The notes below the pieces were generated by a model. It saw only the letters and a program-made list of their open reading frames with translations, made no database searches and was not told the DNA's origin. The translations under genes and the position numbers were made by a program. From positions 1 to 64,000 of the IMG/VR virus record IMGVR_UViG_3300014834_000354: DNA of 64,000 nt. One strand, written 5' to 3'. Each line of letters opens with the position of its first letter. Within the stretch, counting starts at the first letter, position 1. Shown piece after piece: positions 18,501 to 28,229 of the stretch. This stretch comes from a virus.

Positions 18501-20235
18501 GAACCCCATTAATAAAAATCTTGACATACGGCGCCGCTGGTTTCCTAATAATTGCCACATGTGACCATGCATTGTTTTGCAAAGACCCCGCTGGCGTAGT
18601 TAATCTAAGCGTACTAGATACTGATGTATCTTCTGAATAAATTAGAGAATCTCCAGCTGCGGAAATTGAGCAATAATGTTTATTATTCTGAGAATTATAA
18701 TAATTCAGAAATATTACATTTTCATAAACAAAATCTGTTTTCTTAGGATGTACCCAAAACTCATAAGTTACGGTATCCTGATTTGTTATTGAAATTGCTG
18801 AATAGCCTGTAATTAAATATTCACCATTTCCATCAAAATACACGGATGATCCCAAATTTGACGTAAATGGTCCAAAATCATAAACTGGTGGTGAACCGTA
18901 GGCTGTTAATGTAGTATTAGAACTTCTATCAATAAAAGCGGTTGCAGATATACCAACACTAACATACGCACCTTCAGCGCGTGTTAATGCTGCCTTAGTT
19001 TGTGAATTATTCTGATCATTTGTAAATCTTGTCGCATTAGTTAATTGCATGCTGTTTGAAGTTACAATTTTTTCTGTCAACTCAGTAATTGATGTCTGCC
19101 CAGCATCACCCTCAAATTTAAAATGCAGAGAATTTTTATATAAGAAAAGATCTGGATCTGTAGAAGATATCGTCTCTGGTCCGCTCAATGGCGGAATTTC
19201 AACAGTAAATGACGGGATAGAAAATGAAGCTGGCACTGTTTCAGTATTTTTTTGATGCAATACTAATGAATTTGACATCTGATTATCAGTATCAAACTCT
19301 ATATCAGCACTAATTAAAGGGTCGTTGCTGCTAAAGATTGTGGAAAACTGATCGTTCTGTCCTGAGAAAACTGGCGGAATAATTATATTATTCGTAGTAT
19401 TAGGAATAAAGTGATTACCTGCTTGATTCTTTAGAAAAACTATAGGAGAGATTTTTAAATTATCTAAACTTAAAAATTCATCTGAACTTTCTATATTAAA
19501 CTGATTTGGTATATTTTTGAAATTATTTAAACTCACAAATTGGTCAGAGCTTTCTATATTAAAGCTTACCGGCAAATTGACTAAATTTTCCAATCCCAGA
19601 AATACAGGAATTTCAATTTTGTCGAATGATTGAAACTCTGAAATTGATTTTTTATTATTATCGGCAATGAATGTAAAAATTTCTTCTTTGACCGTAGAAA
19701 TTGGAATAACGCGCGTTTGATTAATATCTATTGCGCAAAATAATTCAGTTTTTTCCAATTTTATAGGTAAAGGATTGAGCGCATCTACAATAACAAATGT
19801 TGATAATTCAGTTTTCTCAAAAGATGTAGGAATTGGTTTTAGATAATCGTTAGTAACAAATGTTGATAATTCAGTTTTCTCAAAAGATGTAGGAATTGGT
19901 TTTAGATAATCATTTGATAGAAAAGTCAATAGTTCACTTTTTTGGAAAGATGTAGGAATTGGTTTTAGATAATCATTTGATAGAAAAGTTAATAGTTCAC
20001 TTTTTTGGAAAGAAACTGGTACGGGCTTCTGATAATCTTCAGCAAGAAATGTTAATATTTCATTTTTATCTAAATTTAACGGTACTTGGTTATAATAATC
20101 GACATCTAAAAATGTGAATATCTCAGATGCCGTAAATGTTACCGGAATATCTAGAAAAACATCAGTTGTTGTAAAATTCTCCGGTCCCCAAAGTGGAGCC
20201 TTTGAGGGCCGCCAAATCAGAATGACCGGGCGCAT
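15514..20235 (-). CDS. Large multi-LamG tail/appendage protein with N-terminal 21-aa repeats
   Basis: About five LamG-like units (FTIExW, WxHxAI, DxLRI) plus tandem repeats. Confidence 0.8.
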   Translation of the reverse strand: MRPVILIWRPSKAPLWGPENFTTTDVFLDIPVTFTASEIFTFLDVDYYNQVPLNLDKNEILTFLAEDYQKPVPVSFQKSELLTFLSNDYLKPIPTSFQKSELLTFLSNDYLKPIPTSFEKTELSTFVTNDYLKPIPTSFEKTELSTFVIVDALNPLPIKLEKTELFCAIDINQTRVIPISTVKEEIFTFIADNNKKSISEFQSFDKIEIPVFLGLENLVNLPVSFNIESSDQFVSLNNFKNIPNQFNIESSDEFLSLDNLKISPIVFLKNQAGNHFIPNTTNNIIIPPVFSGQNDQFSTIFSSNDPLISADIEFDTDNQMSNSLVLHQKNTETVPASFSIPSFTVEIPPLSGPETISSTDPDLFLYKNSLHFKFEGDAGQTSITELTEKIVTSNSMQLTNATRFTNDQNNSQTKAALTRAEGAYVSVGISATAFIDRSSNTTLTAYGSPPVYDFGPFTSNLGSSVYFDGNGEYLITGYSAISITNQDTVTYEFWVHPKKTDFVYENVIFLNYYNSQNNKHYCSISAAGDSLIYSEDTSVSSTLRLTTPAGSLQNNAWSHVAIIRKPAAPYVKIFINGVLSAQTSTGTLLSANNHYFIIGGNSPTLSLRGYLSNFRVVNGVEVYTSNFVVPKRKLPVIAGTQLLALQDESKVLDLADKNFTIEGWWSPFRLSSGGALVGIWTDTTATSSWLVSQGSDPSQLAFSISDGSNVTSFEAKKDNAEHSSFSALGWYHWAIVRRNDMIQGFVNGKKISSFTGFFDGLINPPSTSLRVATISNNNKPSLGVFDDIRITRGIARYYDDFTPFRQTSVEPPILPLHLLHFDDTSSMQFIDEMQSNWTYHSVGSPASSATIVSNAAAFGSGGLSVAGGSGIKTTPNQNVLNSDFTIEAWIYPRSFNTGSVNTIISQDLTSVTGFTISITSSSATLSYHSDGNYTTATNFSANSWYHLAIQRKNSSHSFFINGKKYIPTGSGNRFSSATSTLYVGAYTASNVSFNGYIDELRISNFAKYTEDFNLPALAFSENINQEDIIPRNLLLYYDPSNSFSYDRNEPGVALNIVNDQTEMSIGGGHNFVHATSNAFSFSCSESDGTSTYVIAENIDIETTGDFTIEMWLKSDENSNCIYSYSSTNLMLPATISSNAPTGLPNVWDHIVLSRNSGVVSGYKNATLWGTGNDFSDISNIQFGSRTINSILDVGLMRVYNRSLALAEITQNYNAQKDRFYKPELIIRLEYEEFPNIFDTSAYNYPVNLIGSATITTTDYKKGLSSFYNPDSSSGIYFEKGIVKPLEIADFTFETWFKHAGSVGTQTQYIFCMTSDPTSALADASDMSVSLETVSGSLRPKFSVRNNGALTSVLSSNSAPPNIWNNLAVTRSGNIFRAFLNGTVFATILDVTTNFLNSSWHFGNFYKQVGGNRLGLNGRLDSTKLLKNSCLYTGDYNVPDSEVEPLEPLTLEGNSINDLDIFMFDQVGENSFFAKFTSPLDVKMIASWSDTTSSNTPLTLIMPDEIVNNLDITMTSIPASGENAVLTLFSPDSVITSSIDVMASSLPADGQSAVLTLFSPESSSPSELPVFLTR
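19790..20100 (-). repeat. 63-bp (21-aa) coding tandem repeat
   Basis: (L/S)TF(L/V)xNDYLKPIPTSF(Q/E)K(S/T)EL; three near-identical copies plus degenerate flanking copies. Boundaries approximate. Confidence 0.8.
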
Positions 20236-20238
20236 ATC

Positions 20239-21162
20239 TTATATTGTCCATACCTGTGGAAAATTCAAGAAAATTCCGGCGCAATTATACCTTTGACCAG
20301 CAACAATGTTAGTAGTTAAAATCTGCATATCCGCGGTGGTATATAATTGCCCAACAGTTCCTATCATTGCGCCTCTACGATAATGCGCATATGGCGCAGC
20401 CCCAGTGTAATTATATGCGTTCATCGCATTTGTGAAATTTCCATAAATGAAAGAATCTGATGTAACTGTTCCAACTAGAGGACTAATTGTTGGTTGTCCA
20501 CCAAATCCGCCGCCAAAGAATGTTGCGGTATATGACATTGCGACAGTTCCGGTAGCTGCCACATTAAATTGAAATGTTGCGCTATCTCCTGAAACCGATG
20601 AAGTTGTTAGTGTTGCGACAGTGCCAGTTACTGCCGTGTATGCGTCCGGCGTACCAAATAAAATCGGTTCATTGAATAACTTAGTGTTAGTCAATAAAGA
20701 TGAAGAAACAACCCATGTGCTAGTCGCAACAGTTTGTTTATGCAACGCAGTTTGTTCACGATAATTCACTGCCGCGAACCATGTAGCTTGTCCAGATCTT
20801 TCGGCTGGAACAAAATTTAAATGCCTTCCGCAAACGTATCTATGGGAATCAGTCGCATCAATAAATCCCAAAGATAAGACGCTCGAACTATAACCATAAA
20901 ATTTAAATGATATTAATAAATCACTTTCTCTTGAAGCCAAATCTTTAAACTCGTCAACACCAGGCACTGTTCCTTTATAAATGTTTAATACGCTGTGAAT
21001 CGTACTTGTTCCAGCTGGGCCCCCAAATATGGCAGATGATGCTGTTGTATCCCATAAACCATAGCCACGATGATTATTATTTTGAGGATCTGGCTGGACA
21101 TCCCATGCTTTTCCGGCGCCCATGAAATATGCTGCATTTTTAGAAAATTTAATTGTTGCCAT
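20239..21162 (-). CDS. Virion structural protein, 'SGTATWF' paralogue 3 with an internal insertion
   Basis: IYKGTVP...SGQATWF...[Thr-rich insert]...GTVGQ..TADMQI..TNIVAGQ. Confidence 0.6.
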   Translation of the reverse strand: MATIKFSKNAAYFMGAGKAWDVQPDPQNNNHRGYGLWDTTASSAIFGGPAGTSTIHSVLNIYKGTVPGVDEFKDLASRESDLLISFKFYGYSSSVLSLGFIDATDSHRYVCGRHLNFVPAERSGQATWFAAVNYREQTALHKQTVATSTWVVSSSLLTNTKLFNEPILFGTPDAYTAVTGTVATLTTSSVSGDSATFQFNVAATGTVAMSYTATFFGGGFGGQPTISPLVGTVTSDSFIYGNFTNAMNAYNYTGAAPYAHYRRGAMIGTVGQLYTTADMQILTTNIVAGQRYNCAGIFLNFPQVWTI

Positions 21163-21174
21163 AATTTTTCTCTC

Positions 21175-21696
21175 TTATATAATAGACAAATTAAACCAGC
21201 ATATAATCGCTTGGCCTGTGGTAACAGTGCTTGTTGAAACAGTTAATAGGCTATTTGTTCCTGGAATTCCAACAGAATCAGAAATCGTAACTACGCTATT
21301 ATCTGTTGGATCATTGCCGCCAGCTTTTATTAAAAACCAATTTGGTGTGCCCGATTTAGTAGCTGAAAAAAGCACAGTGTTGAAATATATTTTATCATCA
21401 CGAACATCTCCTCGTGTAGCATTATCATCGATGGTGATGTTGGAATCAAAAGCTTGGGAATAAAGATAATCATCAAGTATTGGGTTACCGCCGGGACTAT
21501 AGGTTTCAAACGTGCTATCAATTGCATTTGCTGGGTATGGCACTACAGAACTATCATAAAGATATATGGTTTTACCGGTACCAAAAGGTGCATATGTTGA
21601 GTTGTTTACATCATTATCTCTATCACGCGTATGTTTGTGCGTCAAATTATAATATAAAGCATCTTTTATGAGATACTCGTTGAACAAAATAGCCAT
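21175..21696 (-). CDS. Virion structural protein, 'SGTATWF' paralogue 4
   Basis: ATKSGTPNWF...DSVG..GT...VTTGQ; late promoter upstream. Confidence 0.6.
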   Translation of the reverse strand: MAILFNEYLIKDALYYNLTHKHTRDRDNDVNNSTYAPFGTGKTIYLYDSSVVPYPANAIDSTFETYSPGGNPILDDYLYSQAFDSNITIDDNATRGDVRDDKIYFNTVLFSATKSGTPNWFLIKAGGNDPTDNSVVTISDSVGIPGTNSLLTVSTSTVTTGQAIICWFNLSII

Positions 21697-21741
21697 TCTA
21701 GATCTCCGAAATTCTAGGAAATTATCCTGCTTGTAGTAATC

Positions 21742-21749
21742 TATTTATA
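21742..21749 (-). promoter_or_regulatory. T4-type late promoter TATAAATA
   Basis: Exact match upstream of 21696. Confidence 0.65.
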
Positions 21750-21841
21750 TATTCTGCTGAACAAATAATAATTCTAAAAATATCAATTCAGTATTAAGCA
21801 AATCTCAATATAATCTGATTAAAATCATCTTAGAAAATAAA

Positions 21842-21864
21842 AAGCTGCCCTAATTGGGCAGCTT
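21842..21864 (-). terminator. Intrinsic terminator
   Basis: AAGCTGCCC-TAATT-GGGCAGCTT followed by a U-run on the minus strand. Confidence 0.7.
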
Positions 21865-21894
21865 AAGCTAATTACGTTTTGTAATTATTGAAAT

Positions 21895-22125
21895 TTATTC
21901 TGCGGCTGTAGTAGCATCGCCTTCTGATTTAACAGTTGAAATAATTTCTGTTGACAGTTGACGTAGAGCAGCTTCAAGCTTTGCGACTTCCAAACGCGCA
22001 ACAGCCAGTTCATTGCTCCAGGTTTGATAAAATGAAATCAACGTCCTGGCTGCTGGGGTTAGCTTGTCAATTTCATAATCGGTACCATCAATCATTACGG
22101 TTGGAACTTTTTGTTCTTGTGTCAT
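21895..22125 (-). CDS. Small coiled-coil protein (DUF6447-like)
   Basis: IDGTDYEIDKLT followed by a heptad helix; GGAG Shine-Dalgarno. Confidence 0.55.
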   Translation of the reverse strand: MTQEQKVPTVMIDGTDYEIDKLTPAARTLISFYQTWSNELAVARLEVAKLEAALRQLSTEIISTVKSEGDATTAAE

Positions 22126-22186
22126 ATACTTCTCCTATGTATTATGATATGGGATACGGGGACAAGATATTTATTAAATAGAATTT

Positions 22187-23485
22187 TCAACTTTTCATCA
22201 AGTCTAATAAACTTTTTGATGATTTAATTTTTTCTTCTCTGGCTTGTTCTGGGGATAGCTTCTTAAGGCCACCATTTAAAAGTGAAGTCACACGTAAAGT
22301 TTTTGCATCCCAGCCCAGCGTAACGGTTTTGCCAACAGTTGGCGCATTCCGCGCTTTTGCGACTTGGATTACATATTCACCGGCATCTCTCATTAAATTA
22401 TCTTGAATGATTGCCAATAAAAAGTCTGCAGTATTAACCTTCGAAATACCACCTTGAATATGACCTTGATTAATTTCTTCGGCGTCAAGAGCAGCTCTGC
22501 CCATCTGTGAAGCTGATAACACCGCACAATTGAATTCGGCACCAAGCGCCCGTGCTTCTTCAGTCAAATACTTGTCTTTGATAAAGAGATTATCTGCAGC
22601 GACTTTATTATTGGTAGCCATGATGTCAAGATAATCAATGATGATGACATCCGGATCCCAGCCAGCTTCAAGCTGTAACTGCTTTACGTATGCTCGAATT
22701 TGATTTGCGGATGTTACGCTTTCTGGCATTCTTTTGATTTGGAGTTTACCATAACTTTCCCGCCGCTTTTCAATTTCAGCAATGACCATCTGTTTATTGG
22801 ATTGCAACTTGAACTGCTCAATTCCAGTGATCATCGAGTCAAAACGTTTCGCAACAATTTTGTCTGCCAACTCAAGCGTGATATACACAACATTTAATCC
22901 TTGAGCTACCAGATAAGCACCAATATTTGCCAAGAATATTGACTTGCCAACGCCAGAGTTTGCCATAAAGAGAATAATTTCTTGCCGCATCAACCCACCG
23001 TTAATAACATCATCAAGTTCAGTCAGTCCAGTCGACATAGGTTTAAAAGCAGATTCTGCTTCGGCCATCCGCTTTTCAGGATCCGCGAAATAATCTACGC
23101 CAAGATCCTTGGTCAATCCAAGAGATACTGCTTCTTTTATCAATTTTTCAATTGCGCCAGTATCTTGTTTTTCGAGTAATTCTACAGATTTAATGATTGC
23201 GGAGGTGATAGCTTGGTTGCGACATAGAGTTTCGACTTCAGCCGCAACATAATCAAGTTCGGCTTTTTGTACTTGGAGACTTTCGAGCTCAACTGAAGTT
23301 TCAGCCTTGATTGCTTTGATGGATGGCAATCCTTTGTGCTTGCTGAAAAATTCTTGCATGAACCTAACGGCTTTACGCACGCTTGGATCAAAATAATCAG
23401 GCTTTATGATTGAATGGCAGATGGCAAATAATTCTGGATTACTTGCAAGACAGCTTACTAAATGTTGTTGTTTATTTGGTTCCAT
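22187..23485 (-). CDS. Replicative DnaB-like helicase (T4 gp41-like)
   Basis: Walker A ANSGVGKS, YITLEL, IIIDYLD, SASQMGR, K-x-RN. Confidence 0.9.
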   Translation of the reverse strand: MEPNKQQHLVSCLASNPELFAICHSIIKPDYFDPSVRKAVRFMQEFFSKHKGLPSIKAIKAETSVELESLQVQKAELDYVAAEVETLCRNQAITSAIIKSVELLEKQDTGAIEKLIKEAVSLGLTKDLGVDYFADPEKRMAEAESAFKPMSTGLTELDDVINGGLMRQEIILFMANSGVGKSIFLANIGAYLVAQGLNVVYITLELADKIVAKRFDSMITGIEQFKLQSNKQMVIAEIEKRRESYGKLQIKRMPESVTSANQIRAYVKQLQLEAGWDPDVIIIDYLDIMATNNKVAADNLFIKDKYLTEEARALGAEFNCAVLSASQMGRAALDAEEINQGHIQGGISKVNTADFLLAIIQDNLMRDAGEYVIQVAKARNAPTVGKTVTLGWDAKTLRVTSLLNGGLKKLSPEQAREEKIKSSKSLLDLMKS

Positions 23486-24476
23486 TTGGCGATATGATAT
23501 TTAATTTTAATCGTAATAATGCTTCTGTGGTAGATGGTGGAATACTTTTCATGATATTATATACAACCCATGGAGCTCCGGTTTTTATTAATGCTTCATT
23601 AGTGTCTTTGAAACCTGGCGGATTAAAAGCTACTTCAAAGCCGGCGTTGATTGCGGCTTCACCAAGCATCGTGCCATTTTTGTCTCGGTCAACCACGAAA
23701 ATTAATCGCCTTTTAGTAGTTTTTAATAATTCTATTTTGCTTTCGCTCAATTTACTTCCAAGCAATGCTATGCCATTAAATGGGATCGCATCAAAAATTC
23801 CTTCAAAAACCAACAATGGCAATTGTGTATGGCGATGCAGTTCATCCATCCCAAACATGACCGACGAGCTTGGTGCGGAGCATGAGATGTATCTAAGCTT
23901 TTCTGCCTCGTTGAAAGATCTGGCAGTCCAAAAAATTAACTTATTTCGATAGTAACATGGTATCAACAACCGGCCTGCAAGTTTACCTTCTTTGATCGTG
24001 AAGAACGTCAAATCTGGTCTAAGCGCCCGACGCTTTTCCAGGTACTCCACGGTTTGCTGCTCCAGGTCATCGAGGGGCTCTAGAGGATTTAGTTTTTTAG
24101 CTTCTGTAGGTAATGCTACCTCTCTTAGGAAGGTGCCCTGTTTTGGCTTAGTTAAAGCTTTGAGTGTTATTTCTGGTTCTTCTTTAGTCAGAAACTTTGT
24201 GGCTATTACTGAGTTGATATGTTCTTCTGAGATTCCGAATGAGGTCAACAGCTTTCTAAAATTTCCTGAAACCTTGTTGGCCGTCTCATCATGGATTGCT
24301 CTAAATTGACAATTGAAGCATGAATATCCAATTTTTCCAGATTCAAATTTAAAGCCACCACGATCCTTATAATCATTACAAATGGCGCACTTTGTTCTTT
24401 CAAACCCAGTGGCACTTGGGGTTTTCAAAAACACATTTGCGCGAATCAATTGTTCGAATGATGAAAAATCGTTCAA
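23472..24476 (-). CDS. DNA primase (T4 gp61-like)
   Basis: Zn-binding CAIC...CFNC; TOPRIM FEGIFDA and DRD; adjacent to the helicase; TTG start. Confidence 0.85.
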   Translation of the reverse strand: MNDFSSFEQLIRANVFLKTPSATGFERTKCAICNDYKDRGGFKFESGKIGYSCFNCQFRAIHDETANKVSGNFRKLLTSFGISEEHINSVIATKFLTKEEPEITLKALTKPKQGTFLREVALPTEAKKLNPLEPLDDLEQQTVEYLEKRRALRPDLTFFTIKEGKLAGRLLIPCYYRNKLIFWTARSFNEAEKLRYISCSAPSSSVMFGMDELHRHTQLPLLVFEGIFDAIPFNGIALLGSKLSESKIELLKTTKRRLIFVVDRDKNGTMLGEAAINAGFEVAFNPPGFKDTNEALIKTGAPWVVYNIMKSIPPSTTEALLRLKLNIISPNGTK

Positions 24477-24535
24477 TTTAACTTTCCGATAAAATTAGAT
24501 TGTATCATCTTTATTGCACAACCTGAATAGTTATT

Positions 24536-26842
24536 TTAGTGTTGATTAAGAAGAGACTTGATGATATTTTTAATAAATGGATTGTCCATCTGAGTGTAAC
24601 GATGCAATGTTCCTCTGGTACGCGTGATAATGTTTACAGAATTTTTTCCAAATAAATGCGAATTTAGCATTTCAAGCGTTGGAATTAAATTCCAACCTAT
24701 GGCGTTCACGTGTATGCCTTGTTTTTTTAATTTTTTAAGAATTAATTTTAAACCAACTCTTTTCGTATTTGACTCGCCCCACGCGACTCTCTCGGAATAC
24801 AGAGATAAAAAGTCTTTTTGTGACAATTGCGTGCCATCATAAGATAATGATTCTTCACCGTTTGAAATTTTTTTGATTATATTGTACGGCAGGCCGTGGG
24901 TAATACCAAACGTAGTGTCACAATTAAGTTGTGTTTTTCCTAAAATACTTTTAAATCTTCCAATCACCCCATAAAAAATTGAATCATCGCCATCTGTCAA
25001 TAAAATGATATTTTTAACTTCAGCTTTCATATTTTCTAATTGTTTTCCGGCCAAGCTCATGGCTTCAAAAATTGTTGTGCCATTCAGGTCAGTCATTTTC
25101 AGAATGCTTTTGAACATATCTAGTCGCTGTTCTTCGGACAGCAATTCAAATATTTGCATAATTTGATCTTTAACCGACTTATATTTTTCTCTCATCTTAA
25201 TCCTGCTTGAGCCAATTCCACTATCAAATAGATTAAACACTCCATGACCAGCAATCATGGATTTCCATTTTGTTGTTATTGTTGTTGCTGCGGTGGATTT
25301 GTTACAGAATTTAAAAATTTCAGAAATTGCGAGATGCGCAGAAATAAAAAGATTTAACAGTCTGTCATTTAATTCATATTTATTTTTCTTAGTATTTAGA
25401 ATCTTAATAATTTTTGGTTGCCTAAACAATAAACCCTTATAACGATTTTGTTGATCAACAGACATGTCTTTAAGACGGCTGGCGAATGAAGCAGGATTAC
25501 TGCTGGTATCAGTGTAAAGCCAAATTTCAAGCTCAATATCAGCAAGAGCCGCAAAGTGAGTTAATTCAAAAGCTCTATGAATTAATGCGCCAAGATCTTT
25601 TCTGATTGAGCCGCTCCAATCTAACAAAACAATGTATGCATGATTTTGTTGATTTGGCTGAATGTTCCGACTGATGAATATGTCATCTTGAATTTGATAT
25701 AGGCTCGCTTTTGTTGGATTTAATGTTCCGGTTTTTCTAAAACCGGTTGAAGCAAAATTGAATGCCTTTACTTGCTTAATAAATCCGGAGAACAATTTCT
25801 GCGCAGTAGATTTTGCGTCTTTGTTCACTTTGGTGAAATTGTGTTTGAGTTCAGAAAACACCGGGTGAATATCTAAAAATTTTGGATAACCATAATCAGA
25901 ATAGGCGGCCCTATCTGAATCCCTAGATTCAAAAATGTCAAAAATATCTGCTAATTCTAGAATATCTTGTTGTGATGGAAAACGTAAATTTCCAATATCC
26001 TCTTCAATCCAGGTATTACCCGAAAATTTTTCTCGATTATTAATATCTTGATCTTTTAATTTTTCATTAATGGTGTCATCATTCAGAACATCGTTTTTAT
26101 TATTTTGCAAAATTTCATCAAGCTGCTCATCTGTCAGTTTTTTGGATTGACCTTTTCCGTCCCCCATTTTATCAGTGTCTGATTGCTGACTTCCATTTGG
26201 AGCACCATCATCGTCTGGCGAAAGAATGATATCACCATCTCCGATGTCGGTGGCATCACCATAAGTTGATATGGCCTCTTTCACCAAATTCGAAAATGAA
26301 ATTCTTGCCATTAACTCTGGCTCATTGAGAAATATCGCCTGATTAAATAATTCGCGATGCTCTGGTGTTAGATATTCCGGCCAATCGAAAAATCTCCCGA
26401 TCGGGAATCCCTTGCAGTTTGCTATTAATAAATTTAATAGCTCAATTGCTCTGCATGTTTCTTTTTCATCATTCTTGAATATTTCATCAAACAACTCAGT
26501 TCTATTCTGCTTAATTCCTGGATATTTTTTACCAGTTCTGCGATCCACATATCCATCTTCGATGGCGTTCCAGACATTTTGCAGAAAGCGGCAGTTATTA
26601 AAAATGTCAATTGGCTTAACATCTTCGGGCATATTGGTGTATAAAGCATGACCAACTTCATGAACCAATAGCGCTGGCATGAATTTCTGCATTTCATTGT
26701 TGAGCTTAGATACGTGAAGAACCCTTGATTTTAAGTCAAAGGCTGCCAAGCTTTCAATATTTGAATTAAAACGCACGGAAATATCTTCTGCCGCAAGCAG
26801 CTTTGCAAGCAACTCATTTGGTTGTGTCATCGTTTCGGTCAT
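24536..26842 (-). CDS. Zincin (HExxH) plus VWA domain protein (CobT-like partner of a MoxR ATPase)
   Basis: LLVHEVGHALYT, NAIED; MIDAS LLDWSGS...GTT...LLTDG. Confidence 0.8.
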   Translation of the reverse strand: MTETMTQPNELLAKLLAAEDISVRFNSNIESLAAFDLKSRVLHVSKLNNEMQKFMPALLVHEVGHALYTNMPEDVKPIDIFNNCRFLQNVWNAIEDGYVDRRTGKKYPGIKQNRTELFDEIFKNDEKETCRAIELLNLLIANCKGFPIGRFFDWPEYLTPEHRELFNQAIFLNEPELMARISFSNLVKEAISTYGDATDIGDGDIILSPDDDGAPNGSQQSDTDKMGDGKGQSKKLTDEQLDEILQNNKNDVLNDDTINEKLKDQDINNREKFSGNTWIEEDIGNLRFPSQQDILELADIFDIFESRDSDRAAYSDYGYPKFLDIHPVFSELKHNFTKVNKDAKSTAQKLFSGFIKQVKAFNFASTGFRKTGTLNPTKASLYQIQDDIFISRNIQPNQQNHAYIVLLDWSGSIRKDLGALIHRAFELTHFAALADIELEIWLYTDTSSNPASFASRLKDMSVDQQNRYKGLLFRQPKIIKILNTKKNKYELNDRLLNLFISAHLAISEIFKFCNKSTAATTITTKWKSMIAGHGVFNLFDSGIGSSRIKMREKYKSVKDQIMQIFELLSEEQRLDMFKSILKMTDLNGTTIFEAMSLAGKQLENMKAEVKNIILLTDGDDSIFYGVIGRFKSILGKTQLNCDTTFGITHGLPYNIIKKISNGEESLSYDGTQLSQKDFLSLYSERVAWGESNTKRVGLKLILKKLKKQGIHVNAIGWNLIPTLEMLNSHLFGKNSVNIITRTRGTLHRYTQMDNPFIKNIIKSLLNQH

Positions 26843-26894
26843 GATTTGCTTATTTTATGCCTATTATGAAATTAAATATTCTGTTAATTATAAT

Positions 26895-27101
26895 TCAAAA
26901 TACGTCAAAATAGTCTCTTAGCGTATCTACGTACATATGCGCCTGAGAATCTTGTTCTAAAACGCCAGTCCTTTCAATTTGACGTATGGCATCTCTAAGA
27001 ATAAATTCTGCAAATTTTTCTAATTTTGTATGTTCGCCGGTAGGATTATAAGTCAATAATCCGGCTTCTGTTGCGAGCTGCTTGAACTTTTTATTATTCA
27101 T
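26895..27101 (-). CDS. KFAELIV-family small protein
   Basis: MNNKKFKQLATEAG / EKFAEFIL / LRDYFDV; start corrected to the ATG after GGAG. Confidence 0.7.
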   Translation of the reverse strand: MNNKKFKQLATEAGLLTYNPTGEHTKLEKFAEFILRDAIRQIERTGVLEQDSQAHMYVDTLRDYFDVF

Positions 27102-27435
27102 CGTTAACTCCAAATTTTGCTTTTAGCATTTTTTCAAAATGCAAGCTGAGGGCTACCGGATTGAAGCCACGCTCTTTGTTTGGGCCATATTCTCGAGTAA
27201 TTGATTGGAAGAGTTTCTCGCCAGCTGGCGTTCCAAAAACATTCCCATTTTCAAAATCTTCACATTCTAACCCAATTTGTTCTATGCACTTTTTCACGAT
27301 TGCTTCGGTAAATTTTTGAATGAAGCAATCTGGGATGTACATTTTTTCTAATTCTTCATTTAACGGATTGTTCTCATAAACGACGTCAATGTCAGAAATG
27401 ACGTCTTCCGTAATTTGCCTAATTAAACTATTCAT
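27094..27435 (-). CDS. KFAELIV-family small protein
   Basis: MNSLIRQ / QKFTEAIVKKC / LKAKFGV. Confidence 0.7.
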   Translation of the reverse strand: MNSLIRQITEDVISDIDVVYENNPLNEELEKMYIPDCFIQKFTEAIVKKCIEQIGLECEDFENGNVFGTPAGEKLFQSITREYGPNKERGFNPVALSLHFEKMLKAKFGVNDE

Positions 27436-27664
27436 CTGTGCTTATCCCAAGTGTCTCAGGGCTGTAATCAATCCAAAGTTTATCACCATCCTCATAGAGA
27501 TACGCATCCTCATCTGCAATTTCAAAACACAAATCAGATACCTTTAAGTCATAGTCCTTAAACATGCTAAGTTTATTTTCATCGTAAACTCTAATAAAAT
27601 AGCTATTATTGAGCGCTGAGTACATGAGAATGCCGAGCCGGCCAAGGGCAGGTTGTGATTTCAT
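27428..27664 (-). CDS. Hypothetical protein
   Basis: Start MKSQP is TAATG-coupled to the upstream ORF, with GGAG before it. Confidence 0.6.
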   Translation of the reverse strand: MKSQPALGRLGILMYSALNNSYFIRVYDENKLSMFKDYDLKVSDLCFEIADEDAYLYEDGDKLWIDYSPETLGISTDE

Positions 27665-27792
27665 TATTGAATACTCCAAATATGCGATGGCGGAAGCATG
27701 ATCAATGAATTACGCACATATTCATACGTGCCATACCTTTGGAATTCACTAGTAGAAAATCCATTAAATATTTTTACTGTCCATTGTTTCAT
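27664..27792 (-). CDS. 42-aa hypothetical protein (absent from the ORF track)
   Basis: MKQWTVKIFNGF...HIWSIQ* fills the gap exactly and is coupled to the next gene. Confidence 0.5.
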   Translation of the reverse strand: MKQWTVKIFNGFSTSEFQRYGTYEYVRNSLIMLPPSHIWSIQ

Positions 27793-27804
27793 GATAAGCG
27801 CCTA

Positions 27805-28104
27805 TTATTTTTTGTTTTCCAACTCATCGAGGTCTGCCGCTAGACGCTTAAGAAATTGTTCTTCACCATCATCGCCTGACACAAGCCAATCAATTCGCTG
27901 TGCATAAATTGTTGCCATACGCAATATTTTTAAACCCTTTTTAAATTCTTCAATAACTTCTGGCGAGTAATTCTGCACAAATGTATAATCATACCAATTT
28001 TCGCCTGTATTTTGTTCAACACCATTCATGATAATCAATTGTTCAACTTCATTAGCAATATTATCAATACGATATTGATCGTAGTCAAAATGGCCGCCGC
28101 TCAT
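27805..28104 (-). CDS. Hypothetical phage protein (MSGGHFDY...IDWLVSGDDGE)
   Basis: AAGGAG Shine-Dalgarno; the motif resembles a phage small-protein family. Confidence 0.7.
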   Translation of the reverse strand: MSGGHFDYDQYRIDNIANEVEQLIIMNGVEQNTGENWYDYTFVQNYSPEVIEEFKKGLKILRMATIYAQRIDWLVSGDDGEEQFLKRLAADLDELENKK

Positions 28105-28229
28105 GGCACTATCTCCTTATCTAAACACATATGTAGAATCCTATCATACTTTATGAAAAAAGTACAATACTTTTAGTCAGAGTTCTAATTTTCAGTCTTG
28201 GAATTGCGAACTATGATTTGTCTTACTTC

